DNA of 64,000 nucleotides from the human T2T-CHM13v2.0 reference genome, Homo sapiens, in NCBI RefSeq assembly GCF_009914755.1, contig NC_060926.1; one strand, written 5' to 3'. The position numbers and the translations under genes were made by a program. The notes beneath the pieces are model-generated. The model did no database searches, was not told the DNA's origin, and saw only the letters and a list, made by a program, of their open reading frames with translations. Shown here one piece after another: positions 16,136 to 30,029 of the stretch (its first letter is position 1; every line of letters starts with the position of its first letter).

Positions 16136-17639
16136 ATCACAGACAGGAAGATATTAGGGGCTCTGCCCAGTGCTCTGATCTTTTGCATTTAAGCACTTCT
16201 GCTAGTTGAACTCCAATCTGGTGCCCCAATTCTGACAGTTGGGTGTCTCTCATGGTCCTAAGGGCCTAGGCCCCCTATACACTCACAAATTAGAAACTGA
16301 TGATATTCCATCCCATAACCAGTCCATGTAAAAGCAGTGACCTTGTCTTCTTTTGCTATTTCCTCTAACCCTTTTATCATGGTCGGGGTCCTGAGAGCTG
16401 CTGACAGATCTTCCTGCTGCCGAGTGTCTGAATTCCTGAATGCTGCTCTATGCAGCCATTCTGGGTCTTTAATGCCCCCAAAGACAGCCTGTGTAGGTTA
16501 GCAAAGTAGTGAATCAACATAGGCCTTCAGATCAGACAGACTTAGGTTTGAATCTTATTTCTGCCCCTGGCTACATGGAGCAAGTCACGCAGCCTCCCAG
16601 AGTCTGCTTCTTCATTTGTAAAGTGAAGACAAGATTTCCATAGGTCAAGTGCCTTACAGTGGTCAGTGAGTAATGCCCTTTCTCCACACTGTGATGTTGA
16701 CCAGTAAGTTGATCACCTCCTGACGCTGTGGATTATTGCTATACTTTTCAGGAACTTTGTGTCTCCAGATAGAATTGAATCTCAGCAGCTACAGTTGGTC
16801 CACATCCCCATGTGCCTTCCCACCCCAATGAATAGTTCAAGTTCCAAGTTCTGGCCACATATCATTGTCCAGTCTCACTCTGGTTAACTGGGCAATACCT
16901 GGTTCTAAAGCTTGTATGTCACGAGGTATTCTAGGAAGCATGACTCCAACGAGCACTTGCATTCTTGATGATGGTATAAAGAAGTAACGTCAGATTTTTG
17001 AACAAAGGCAACTAAGTGAGTGGGAGACTCTGGTGGCTTGGTATCCTGGGAATTTGCCTATGTATCATACAGTGTTTGGGTGTAGCAGATAAAGCCAGTG
17101 GCCTGGCTGGTTCTAACAGAGATCTTTATTATAACTAAGAACAACTGAGCTAGCCATGCCTTGTCACCTACTAATAGTGGTATTTCAGATGGATAATTTA
17201 AATCAGCAATAAAAGTGAACTGTATACGTTTGGAAACTTCACCAATAGCTACTCTGTTACACACAGATCTTTATGACTTTCTGTGGTTCAATGACAATTG
17301 GCCTCATTTATAGGTGCTTGAAGCCAACCAAGGGCAGATTGCCTTCCTTCTTTTAACCAGCTAAAGAGATGGGTGGGTCAGACAAGAAGAGGGTATGATG
17401 AAAGCAGGGAAAGGGAGGTGGACTCTTCAGAGGGAGGAGGAAGTATCCGTGTCACATTATCTCTGAGAGCACTCGCAGATGCTGAGCCTGCAGAGACAGA
17501 GAAACTGGCAGCTGACCAGGGTCAGGGATGGTCATGTATTCAAATATTGTGGGTTTTAGTCAAGTGTGCTCCACCCGATTCAACAATGTGATGTGACTGC
17601 TCCTAGCAACTATTTTGATATGGTGAATGTTGTTAAGCA

Positions 17640-18090
17640 TAGGACCTAAGAAGAGGTGGCAGTCTCTTTCCTCTCCGCACTTGGCAGGCCACCCACTCAT
17701 TCCTGATAATCACATTTAAGAGAGCTCTGGACAAGCTGGAATGCATCCAAGAGAATCCCTCAACATGCTGGTGAGTGGGATTGTGACCAGGTCATATCAG
17801 GAGTAGCCTAAGGGACAGGTAATGTGTGTCTTGGATGAATTGGAGTCAGACTTAAGAGTCCCCAGGGCAGAAACAAAATCCAGTGAGGGAGAGATGCAGG
17901 GAGCTGGATTTTAGCTCCTAAGGTAGAAAATTTCCAAAAGGCTGATCAAAGATTAAATGGCTGCCTTAAAAGGTAATGAGTTCCTTGTTAGTGGAGGTGT
18001 TCAACCACTGCTTGGTGGGAAGACACTGTAAGGAGGATTCAGGCAAGTGGGAAGGGGGCTTTTTCCAGTCCCTGAAATCAATGATTCTAA
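17640..18090 (+). mobile_element. L3/CR1 fragment
   Basis: CR1-like motifs GACAAGCTGGAATGCATCCAAGAG and GGTAATGAGTTCCTTGTTAGTGGAGGTGTTCAA. Confidence 0.55.
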
Positions 18091-18639
18091 CAGGAAAAGA
18101 TGCTCCGGGGTGCGGTGAGCGCTTACCTCTGCTCTTGCAGAGACACTGACAGACGTTCATTCAACATCTGTTCCTGCCAGGCACTGTGCGCGCTGAACAC
18201 AGAAGTACAGCCTCTATGAAGCAGCCGCTGTAGGCCTCAGAGACAGCTGATAGATGTAACACTGTTGTCTCCATGTTTCAAACTTCGGTCATGGTCTTAC
18301 TAGGTCTCCTCATTAAGGGGACTCACTATGTGTCCAGTAACGCTTTCTTGTTACCAGATGACAGAGAGTCAGGCTGTCAGAGTTCACGACTTTAGGTGCA
18401 CAGTTTCACCCTGTCTGGTCCTTGGGAGACGGAGAAGGGGTCAGGAGAAAACGTGGGTGAAGAGGCAGCAAAGCCGCAGGAGATATGAACTAATTGCTCA
18501 ACGTGGGTGTAGCACGGATTAGGCCTTTTACAGCAAGCGCTGCCAGCAGGGAACTGGTGGATGTACTCTTGACCACGCTCGGCTGGACTCTGGGGAGCCC
18601 AAGACGGGTAAGACTAGGTCCCCGGCCCCAGCAGCTGGT

Positions 18640-19540
18640 GGGGGCGCCGCAGGTTAGAGACGTGAGGCCGCGAGGCTGAGGGCTGTGAAGGCGGTGGGCA
18701 CGCACGGCGTGCCGGGGCCGCCTGGCTTCGCGGCGGGGGAGGTAACACTGCGACACCCCGCAGACGCTGTCAGCCGGGGTCGCGGCCCCGCGTGCGCCCG
18801 ATCATCTGACTGCTGGGGAGTGCGGGGGCGCGGGAGCCAGGCGAGCCAGCGCAGGCGCGCGCTGCCTCCTCCGTCCCCACCGAGTCCCCAGCGCGTGCGC
18901 GGGGCCGTGGCCGAGGCCTGCGCGCCGCCCGGCCGCCTGCACTGCGCGCGCGCCCACCCCGCGTGGGAGGCAGCGGGAGGGGCCCGGAGAGGTGTGGAGC
19001 GGCGCGGCGGGAGGCTCCGTGGGCGGCCACGGGAGACAGCGCCGGCGGGAGCGCGCCTCTCGGCCTTTCCTCCGCGCCCCCGCGTCCCCAGCCGGCCGCT
19101 CCGAGAGGACCCGGAGGAGGCAGGTGGGCCGGGGGCGCGCGGGGCCCCCCCGGGCCGCGGGCTGGCCGGCGGCGGGGTTGGGGCCGGGGTGGGCGGCCCT
19201 GGGGGCCCGCGGGGAGGTCAGTGGCCCCGGGAGGGTCGCGCAGAGGCGCTGGGGGCTGTGGAAGCCCCGCGGCCGCCTCCCGTGGGCACCGGTGTCGCTG
19301 GCCGCGGGGAGGCCTTCTCGGGGCGGAGCGGCCCACCCGGCGGGGATGGGGACTCCTCGTGGCGGCCGCTGACGGACGGCCCAACTTTAGGTTGAGGGGC
19401 GCGGGGTGTGCGGGACCCGGCGGCGGAGCTGGGCTCTGGGCCACGACCGCCAGCCGCGGCTGCCCCGAGAGTCCCCGCACGCGCAGTGGCTTTCCAACGC
19501 GGCCTCTTCCCATTTCTCACTTGACTCCCCTTGCGCATTA
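18640..19540. promoter_or_regulatory. CLIP4: CpG island / main CLIP4 promoter
   Basis: Very GC-rich and CpG-dense. Contains NRF1-like GCGCAGGCGC (18849) and GCGCGTGCGC (18891), and SP/KLF-like CGCCCACCCC (18951). No TATA box. Confidence 0.93.
18900..19123 (+). other. CLIP4: Probable non-coding exon 1 (5' UTR)
   Basis: Donor CAG|GTGGGC at 19123/19124 inside the CpG island, with no ATG in the exon. Start is approximate. Confidence 0.75.
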
Positions 19541-20760
19541 AATTGTCGAGAAACCTTTGGCCAGTGGGTCTTCAAAGCTAAACCTAATGGCTGTCCTTGC
19601 AGTCCTTGGCTACCTGAGATCCCTTAATTCTGAACCATCCGCACCTGGGAGGGGAAGTTGAAAGGAGCGCTGGAGCTGAGCCCGCATCCTTAAGGATCCC
19701 ATTCACTGCTTATGATGGTAGAGCTTTGAATTAGATGTCAGGCTGTTCACGTCATCCAGACTCTGGTTTTCAGCTCTGTGCTGAGACAGTGTTTTGATAC
19801 GTATCAGAGGATGATGTTCCTATGGGACAATAACTTGCTGTATGTTCTGAGATACTAGACTGCGTTCATATTGTAGCACCATCATCGTATAAAACGGGCG
19901 CCTTTGAAAGGTTTCAGTAAACACCTTCCTCAGGAACATCCGCCAGCACTTAAATTGTACTTCACTTTCACTTTGACGTTTGTTGTTTGTGAATCTTGTG
20001 CACAATTTAAAGTGAGTCGTCTAAACAGCACAGGATCACGTGGTGCGGGGCATTGAGCAACTGGGGAGGAAAGCAGAGACTTGAACCTGCTGGAGTCTAG
20101 TTGGTCTGCGTTTTTATGTTGGAGAACCATCCTGGTTCCAGCTTATTTTGCTTTCGTAAATATGATGCATTTTTTAAATGCTTTCATTTGATACGGACTA
20201 TCTGGACTGTAAGATTGAGTCTAGCCATGCATGGAATGTGTTTACTTCTGTTTTGTAGAAGATTTAGCCCATGGTATTCTATTTGTAGGATTCATTTCAG
20301 ACATTTTGTGTTTACCACATACAGTCCCACCAGCAAGGGCTTTTAAAAAAGTGACCTATGTTGTCTCTCATAGCTTATGACAACTCCAATTTTGACACGT
20401 GTTTGAAACTAGTGATCTTTAGATTATATAAAATCAACTTCACTCTTTCTCCCTGTTCAAACCTCAAACTCTGGTTACTTTTAGGCTTACTGCTCCCTTG
20501 TTAATTATTTATAATGAACTATGGAGCTATAGGCTTGCTTTAGTGTGTTAACCTTTATTTGTGTCTTGTTTCAGGCATTTGTATATTGTTTTCTCATCTG
20601 GAGAGTGAGCTGCACTGTTTTCCTTCAGTGCTGTTTAGAAGAGCTTTCGGAGACCAGAAACATGTTCTTTTTGCATTACCCAATATGGTAGCACTAGCCA
20701 CATATAGCTTTTGACCACTTGAATGGGGCTAGAGCAGTGGAAGCACTGAAATTTTAATAA

Positions 20761-21088
<328 letters not shown>

Positions 21089-21974
21089 AATTTTTAAATT
21101 AATTTAAATAGTCACATGTGGCTAGTAGTTAGCTGGTCAGATGCCACAGCTTTAACTTATTAGTCTCCAGGAAGCCTTCGTTGACCCTCTTGAATCTGTG
21201 CTTTCATAGGACTCAGCTGTCCTTGGTCATAGCACTTACTACTTTCAACTTTCTGGTAGGAATCAACACTAGGCTGTAATTTATATGAGGGCAAGGACAG
21301 ATCTGGTTTCTTTACCTTTGCATAGCTTAGAACTTAGTAAGAAAAACTGAATAAATATTTGTTAAATGCATAAATAGCTTTTTCAGGGCAGGTATTTCAA
21401 TTTTTAATTCTCTCTAAGGCCAACTAAGTGTTCAGTACTGTAAATACCTGTTTAGTAGATTGTACAGATGTTATGTAGGTAGCAAATAAAAGGATCATTG
21501 GAGTTATGCTTTAAATACTTACGTGGTGAGATTGGAATCTCAGGAGAATGATGACTCATAACAAAGTATTACAGGAAATTGAATGAAAGGGCCTCATGAT
21601 TCCAGCTAATGTAGACACAGCTTTGGTCTCCTATTAGTTGAATAACTCAAGGACACTCTTGAACCATATCTCAAATCTGAAGTCTCCTGGCTTCAGTAAG
21701 GCCCTTTTATGGGGTCCAGACAGTCCTGAACCAGCCTGAAGATGCTAGTGGACATCCCCATTTATTACTGCTCTGTGTTAAAGCATGGACCAAGGAGTCT
21801 TGGAAAAAAAATCACAAGGTATTTGAGCCACGTTATGTAAGATGCTTTTGCTAACAGCTAACTTGGAGTGATGAGTAGGGTGAAATTCCTATAGAAATCA
21901 GAGTTTGGGGAATTTGATTCTAGCTATTGTTAGTATCAGAGGCACCTGTTCTGTAGACAGTTGATTAGTGCCAA

Positions 21975-22280
<306 letters not shown>

Positions 22281-24845
22281 CAATATATATATATATATTT
22301 TTAACCTGAGGCTTACTTTATAATCAGTTATCACCAGTTAACCATAGTTGGATTTGGAATGAAAGTGTGTACTCAGTTCAGATCAGTATACTTAGACATT
22401 TGACCAAGAGTCCAGGTGTTGTAGGTCTTCAGATCCAGGAATTGCTTTTAGGAAATGAATCTGAGACTATAAGGAAGTTTATAGGGGTACATAGTTTCCT
22501 TTGGGAGGACAAAAGGTAGAATGTTAAGTTTTTCACGAAAATAAGGAAATGTAACTAGAGAAAAACGCAACAAAGACAAAATACAAAGAATGTTCACTGC
22601 ATTGGTCAGGTAATATTGTAGCTTCTTCTGGACTTGAAGTATCTAATATGTAAAAGAATGAAGCTGGTTACATCTGATTGCATGAATCCTCTTTCCACTT
22701 TGAATCTAAGCTTTGAATATTAGTTAAATATGTGTAACACACTATTCTAGCTCCTGTGGTGACTGCTAGTTGTGTACGATAGAGTTCGTATCTTTGAGGA
22801 TCTCAACAGTTTACAAGGAAATGAAAGGTGCTCTGGGGATCACTTAAAATTTTTTTTTTTGAATGGGAGACTCCACCCTTTGAAAGGGAAGTCATGTGGT
22901 GACTCCTCTTAACCGACTCAGACAGATATCCACTGAATCTTTTTGCTGAAGAATTAAGAGTATAAAAACATGTCTGAGTCCCAAACCGTGATTATAGTCA
23001 GATTAATTTTCCTAAAACAGCTTTAATCATGTTACTCTCTTTAAAAAAATCAGTAGTTTCCCAGTGCTCATGAAAGTAAGTGGTTTGGTCTTTGATGAGG
23101 TATTTGCTCCTCAGTACAGCCCTAAAAAGCCCTTACAGCCTCACCTCTGACTGTTTTCCTAGTCATATCCCAAGTTCCAGCCTACTGTTCTTTTAATGGG
23201 ATCCCCTTTTATATTGATACCTATTCATCATTCAAGACTCATCACAGATGATACCTTCTTCACCATTTATGATTCTTAGAAGCTCCAACTGCAAATGTTC
23301 CTGGTACTTATGTGATGGAGCAGATCCCATTCTGCCTCATAATCTATAGTTATTAGTGGTATTTTATTCACCTTAATAGATTGTAAACTACCTAAGAAGC
23401 ATGGACCATCTGTTAACTCATTTTTGTATTTGCTGAAACATCTAGAATAGTGTCTTGTATATAGTGGTTCCTTAATAAATACTCATTACTGTTTGGAATT
23501 GATAGTATTTGAGGAAGATCACCGCTGCTCTATAACACTAATTCCATGAACTTGTCATTTTCCTATTTATGTGGCAAGGTTAATGTCAAAATGCTTCTAA
23601 GTATTTGGTGGTAAGTAATTTTAGCATCCAAGAAAATGTGAATACCTTAAAATAGTAACAACTGGATTAGGTTACCTAATATATAACATCTATATCCATA
23701 TAAGCATACGATTTTTGAGGAAAAAGAAAGCCTCCTACTTTTTACCAGTTCCTGCCAGTATTAAGAAAACATGAATCAAGTTAGGAAGACAACAGTGAGC
23801 TCAATGAAATGACTGTTTTATTGTAGTGGGGAACTGATGGTAAGGATAATTGAGTTAGTTATAGGGTTGGTTAAGTAGAACAGAGCACACATTAAGTAGT
23901 AGCTAGTATGGTGTTGTCTACTACCAGATCAAGCCATTGATTACCTATTTTTATTCTGTGCTTTCTACTGAAATAATCTAAACTCATTTTTCATTTAGTT
24001 TTATAATGTTTTGCTTACATTTTAAAAACAGGAATTCATGATACTTCAGATAGTAAAGATCGGATACAAAAGAAACTGGAAGGCTTTTAGCTTCATAAGT
24101 TTGGTTTTACTAGCAGTTTCTCTGCTTTCTACATCATTTCTGAGATGTAGGCTAGGGTGTAGTACAAAGTCTAATTTAGAGCAAATTTATTCTAAGCACT
24201 CATGTTTTCTGGGAAAAAGAGGTAATATAAGCCATGTGCTTTAAAAGGCATGGCTTCCATCTTTGGCCAGGATAGAACTCACATACCTCGGACCTTGTTA
24301 AGTTGAACAATCTTAGTAAACTCTTAGATTTGTAAGAGGGATATGATTAATTTTCAGTAAAGTTTTCTGGGATAGAAAATAATGGAAACATTTTAAGGTA
24401 GATTATCTTCATGTGATGAGCACATGGCATGAGCTATTGGATGACAAATGATGTAACTTGTGCCAGTGTTATGGGAAGTTAAAGATCCATCTACAAGGGT
24501 TAATACGCCCTTGTTTGTTACATGAGTAGGAGGATTTCACCCATTTAGATTAGCTCAGCATTTAAAGTGTTTTCACCTATTTTATATTCCTTTTGAGCTT
24601 TGTCTAGAGAGATTACATGTGCTACCGACTGGTATAAGAGGTGGTGTGAAGCAATGTATGCCTTTTAACAACAGTTTTGCCAAAAGGAATTTTTTCCCTT
24701 TCATAAAAGATCCTTACTGAAAATGTCAGCAGATTTGACGTCAAATAACTTTTAGGCAGTTATTGAAGGCAGTCATTCTAAGTTGCATACAAATAAAGTA
24801 GAAACACTTTTTTTTTCTTTCTTATTATAGGTGGCTTTCTAGAAG

Positions 24846-24978
24846 ATGACCATAGAGGACCTTCCAGATTTTCCATTAGAAGGAAATCCTTTGTTTGGAA
24901 GATACCCATTTATATTTTCTGCTTCTGATACCCCAGTTATCTTTTCCATTTCTGCAGCACCAATGCCTTCAGACTGTG
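24846..24978 (+). CDS. CLIP4: CLIP4 exon 2 coding part (exon starts 24831), aa 1-44 MTIEDLPDFP...PSDC
   Basis: Polypyrimidine tract + TAG acceptor ending 24830. In-frame TAG at 24840-24842 upstream of AAGATGA. Donor G|GTATGT. Confidence 0.96.
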
Positions 24979-26102
24979 GTATGTGAAGTAGCTGTGCTTA
25001 TTTTCTGTGAACTGGTAACTTGACTTCTCTGTTACGCCTTTTTTGCACTCATAGTCTTTCTTAGAACCATTTTTATGGTTTTCATAAAATTGCTAAAGTT
25101 TTCCTTTTTCAAAAATACAATTGCTTATTGCTTTTTCTGCTTCTTAAGCTAAATGCTTTATTTCTGCTGTCAGCATTTATATTATGTTAAAATGTTCATT
25201 TTAAGCATCATGATGGATTTAGAGGACTTTATTTTTAGAAAGCAATGGTGCTTAGATATCTAGCATTCTTCTGCTATTGATGTATTTATTTTGGTTAAAT
25301 ATACTGACTTGCTAAAAAAGCCATGTACTTAGGCAAAGAGGGTAAGAGACCCTTCCCTGGAATGTGAAATGAGATTGGTTAATGTTTAAATTGGTCCATT
25401 TACATCTCCTCTGTAAAATGTTAATTTAGAAGCATTCCACTTCTCATCTATTTAGGCTTATTTCTCCAGAACCATAATAAAAGGGAACCAGGAGATAAAT
25501 TTGATAGAATTGTTAAATTTCCAGTTTAGAGTTTTTCAAGTAAAATGTTGGTTCACCATTTCAAATTGTTTTTGGAGGTAGAGATCATACAATTTTTACA
25601 TATTAGTAGATATTAGTAGATATAAAGTTATTGGACTGAGAATTTGTCTTTTTAGTCATATTCGTTGTAGTATAGTAATTCCTCATCTCCAAGTTTCTTT
25701 TTTTTTTTTTTTGTATTCAGATTCTTTAGCAGCTTACCTAGACCAGTCGTCAGAAGTATTATATAAAACCTGTGCCTTGATCTTGGGAGTTATCTGCAGG
25801 TTTTGCAGTAATCAACTGGGCTTATTTTCAGATATAACAAAATCAGTTATGCAGGGGAAACCTTGAACCTTGTGCATTGTACCTTAGGTATGATACTTGT
25901 CTCACTCCATCTTGACTTCTAATTGTCTTATTTTCTTTCCTATATTGTAGCGCTTTGGGATGGAGAACAATCATTTTATTTTTGTTTATCTCAAAAAGGC
26001 TAATATAGTCATTTGTTATTAGTTGCTCAATGATTGTTGAATAAATACATTGAATGAAAGGTAATAATGGATATTGACATTTTGCATAACTGGAATTAAA
26101 CG

Positions 26103-26308
26103 TTGAAACCCCGTCTCTACTAAAAATACAAAAATTAGCCAGGCATGGTGGTGTGCGCCTATATTGTCAGCTACTCAGGAGGCTGAGGCAGGAGAATCAC
26201 TTGAACCAGGAGGCAGAGGTTGCAGTGAGCTGAGATCGCATCACTGCACTCCAGCCTGGGCCACAGAGTGAGACTTTGTCTCCAAAAAAAAAAAAAAAAA
26301 AAAAAAAA
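26103..26308 (+). mobile_element. 5'-truncated AluS
   Basis: Starts at GAAACCCCGTCTCTAC; long A tail. Confidence 0.92.
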
Positions 26309-26759
26309 GCATTGTAGTCTTAGAATTATAGGTTTTTGTAGACTCTTATGAACCTTTCCCCACTCACCTCCCTGTGTAGACATCATATTTTCAGGATCTC
26401 TGTCAGATAACCATTTAACCTCTTGCATGTCTTCAATAGTGGGAAACTAACAAAATAGTTAATTTTATTGTTAAAAAGCTTTAGTTGTAATAAAATTGTT
26501 TTCGTATGTTGACTCAAAATTGGTCTCCCTGAAATTTTGGCCAAGTGATTCTAGTTTGATACATGGCACAAATTCCTTTATAGGATAGCCTTTAAGTATC
26601 TGCAGATAGTTTGAACATTTTAACTTAGCCTGAAACTCCTTAGGCTACACATTTCTGTTTCCTTCACCAGTTTCTCATTGTCAGGATTTCTAGACCCTTT
26701 TCATCGTAGCTGCTTTCTTGGTACACTGTGGTCAGTCTCCCCTTGAAAAGCGGCATATA

Positions 26760-27235
26760 TAATTGCATTTATTGAGCAAGTATTTATTGAGGGCCTCTTG
26801 TGTGCTAGGGACTGTCCTGGATGCTGGAGATATCAGTGACCAAGACAGGTCTTCTATAGGGAAGACCAGTAAACAAACAAATGAATAGACAAAGCAAAAA
26901 TAGGTCATAATGAATTCTGTGGAAGAAAGAAACAGGGTGCTGTGATAGAGAACAATGGGGGCAAGGCAGCTGCTTTAGATGGGGTGGTCATTCGGAGAAT
27001 CAGAAGAGGCTGGCTGTGAGAAGAGCCTGGGAAGAAGTGTTCCAGGAAGGAAAACAGAAAACTAAAGGCACAGTGTTGAGGGAAGACCTTGGTATATCCT
27101 AAGAATTAATGGAAGGTCTTTGTGGCTGAGAAGCAAAGTGATTGATGGCAGAGTGGGAGGAGAAGGAATTGGAGAGTAAGACACCGGCCAGGTCATGCGG
27201 GGTCATGTAGGCCCCCATAGGGAATTTTTATATAA
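26760..27235 (-). mobile_element. L2 fragment
   Basis: Typical L2 3' end TATTTATTGAGGGCCTCTTGTGTGCTAGG. Confidence 0.7.
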
Positions 27236-28619
27236 TACCAACTAATGAGTGTAAAACAAAGAAACAAAAAGAAACCAGTCCACAGAAACCAGAGTTGAGG
27301 CATGTGACTCAGTGTTGACTCTCAAGGTGATTACCCTGTGAAACTATGTACTGTTCTTGCATAACAATTTTTGGAATCTTTTGCTTTGAAATGCCTTCAG
27401 AATCAGTTCATGCAGAATACACATTATATACATTATAAATACCAAAATACCTTATTATATATTTTGCTTAAACATTGAATTATCTGTTAAATTTAAATAA
27501 TATAAAAAAATCTCATTTACCCATGTAGTTACCATTTCTAGTGCTCTTCATTCCTTTGTGAGTGTAGGTCCAGATTTCCATCTGATACCATTTCCTTCCG
27601 CCTGAAGCACTTCCTGTAATGTTTCTTATGGTGCTGGTCTGCCAGTGATGAATTCTTTCAGCTGTTTTATGTCTGAAAACATCTTTATTTACCTTATTTT
27701 TTTGAAAAATGTGTTTGCTGGGTTTAGAATTATAGGTTGGTAGTTTTCTTTCAGTACTTGAAAGATCTTGCTCTGCTCTCTTCCCATTTGCATTGTTTCT
27801 GCTGTCATTTTTGTTTCTCTAGATGTAATGTCTTTTTTTTGGCTGCTTTAAAGAGTTTTTATTTTGAGCAATTTTACTATTATGTGCTTAGGTATTGTTT
27901 TCTGTATGTTCTTGTGCTTGGGTTTGGTTGAGCTGCTTGGATCTGAGTTTCAGTTTTCATTAAGTTTGGGAAATCATTTAAAAAAATTTTTTGTCTGCTT
28001 CTCCCCGTTTTCAGATACTGTAATTGCATGTATATTATAGACTGCTTGAAGTTGTCCCATAACTCACTGATTTATTTTATATTTAAACATTTTTTTCTCT
28101 TTATTTTGGATAGTTTATATTACTGCATCTTCAAGTTCATTAATCTTTCCTTCTGCAGTGTCTAATTAATTAGCTGCTGATTTTTTCCAGTGCAGTTTTC
28201 ATTTCAGATGAAGTTTTCATCTCTAAAGTTTGCTTTGGCTCTTTTTTATGCCCAGGTCTCTTCTCCACCTTTGAACATTTGGAATAGAGTTATATTGACT
28301 GTTTTAATGTCCTTCTCTGTTAATTATAATATCCATGTCAACTCTAGGTCTATTATTCCCCTGATTATGGGTCATGTTTTCTTCTTTCTTTGCTTGCCTG
28401 ATAATCTTTAATTGGCTGCCAGACATTGTGAATTTTACCTTGTTAGATGCTGGATATTTTTGTATTCCTGTAAGTATTCTTGAACTTTGTTCTGGGATAC
28501 AGTTTAGTTACTTGGAAATAGTTGGACCCTTTGAGGTCCTACTTTTCTGATTTGTTAGGTGGGTCTGGAGCCATTCTTGGCCTGGGGCTAATTGTTCCCT
28601 ACTACTGAGAATTCCACTC

Positions 28620-28702
28620 CAGGGGCCCTGAACCCCCTGGCTACGGACTGGTACTGGTCCCCCTACCCCGGCCCCTGGTGCCAGAAAGATTGGGGACTGC
28701 TG
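28620..28702 (+). mobile_element. Miniature MER1 (hAT-Charlie) derivative
   Basis: TIRs CAGGGGCCCTGAACC and GATTGGGGACTGCTG; 8-bp TSD TTCCACTC / TTCTACTC. Confidence 0.75.
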
Positions 28703-28935
28703 TTCTACTCAATGCTGTGTGAATTATGAGGATTCTTTTTCAATCTTCCTTGTGAGAATAGGCACTAATCCCTGTAGTCCTTATGGATGGTTCTTTCCCT
28801 TACTTCAAGTATTTCCTCACAAGCATATGATGAATAGTTGAGGAGGACCCTGCACAGGTCTCTGGGTTTCTCTTGGAGTGTGTGCATCCATCTCTGCTGT
28901 ATTCTGCCCTGTGACCTCTGGCCGCCTCAAGTTCC

Positions 28936-29047
28936 CCAGACTCTTAGCTCTGTCTCCTCGACTCAGTGAGTCCAGACTCTTAGCTCTGTCTCTTCAACTC
29001 AGCGAGTCCAGACTCTTACTTAGCTCTGTCTCCTCAACTCAGCGAGT
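28936..29047. repeat. 3-copy minisatellite, 36-40 bp unit
   Basis: CCAGACTCTTAGCTCTGTCTCYTCRACTCAGYGAGT x3. Confidence 0.9.
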
Positions 29048-29350
29048 TTGCTGGGCTTTTTCTTGGTTCCCCCTGCCCCACCCCTGAACTATGCTCCTGG
29101 AGACTCCCTCAAGGCAGTTACCTGGGGCATGTGTAGGACTTTTCTCATTTGTATTCCATTCCTCAGAGATCACTGTCTTTCATTGTCTAACATCCCGTGT
29201 CTTGAAAACCATTGTTCTTCCCTCTGGTGTTGTGGTTGTTTCAGATGGAAGGGCGAATTTGGCCCTCATTATTCCATCTTGACTTAAAGTAGACATCACC
29301 TCCATTTTCTCCCCTCACCCCACTTTCTTTTGATTAAAAGCTATTTTTTA

Positions 29351-29665
29351 GGCCGGGCTTGGTAGCTCACACTTGTAATCCCAGCACTTTGGGAGGCTGA
29401 GGCAGGTGGATCACCTGAGGTTAGGAGTTCAAGACCAGCCTGACCAACATGGTGAAACCCTGTCTCTACTAAAAATACAAAAATTAGCCGTGTGTGGTGG
29501 CGTGCGCCTGTGGTCCCAGCTACTTGGGAGGCTGAGGCAGAGGAGAATTGCTTGAACCAGGGAGGCAGAGGTTGCAGTGAGCTGAGATCACTGAGATCGG
29601 CCACTGCACGCCAGCCTGGGCGAGAGAGTGAGACTCTGTCCCTACAAAAAATAAAAAAATAAAAA
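29351..29665 (+). mobile_element. AluS
   Basis: Full dimer with TSD AAAA(G/A)CTATTTTT. Confidence 0.93.
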
Positions 29666-30029
29666 CTATTTTTCATTTAATCTCAAAAGCTTGCAACAGC
29701 ATAAAAAATACTTTATTTTCCTTTATGGAAGTTGAAAATTCAAATGTAGTTAGATATGTTAATATATTATTGCATTGTAGCTTAGAGGTTATGTTCTCAT
29801 TCTGGGTTATTCTGGCAGTAATCCTGACTCAATCACTTTCCAGTTGTGTGATTTTGGGCAAATTGTTTATATTATCTATCCCTTTGTTTCTTCTTCTATA
29901 AAATGAGAATAACAATAGTGCCTACCTCATATGGTAGTTATGAGGATTAAATAAATTAATATACACAAAGTTCATAGAACAGTCCCTGGCATCTACAAGG
30001 CACTTAATAAGTCTAACTTATTGTTATTT

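Larger units (their letters stand above)
27420..29290 (-). mobile_element. Old L1M fragments with nested insertions
   Basis: Degenerate L1M-like motifs, e.g. ATGAATTCTTTCAGC...GTCTGAAAACATCTTTATTTT. Confidence 0.6.

Noticed and set aside
17761-17780. Strong donor CTG|GTGAGT upstream of the CpG island
   Set aside because: It lies in an L3/CR1 remnant and I found no convincing acceptor or promoter, so the sequence alone cannot support an exon.
18685-19541. Long overlapping ORFs (236, 247, 192 aa) on both strands
   Set aside because: They lie in the CpG island, where stop codons are rare. They are low-complexity G/P/R/A, some start at non-ATG codons, and none has a recognisable domain.
28936-29047. 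36-bp repeats superficially resembling a CRISPR array
   Set aside because: The repeats are contiguous with no spacers and the DNA is human; this is a minisatellite.
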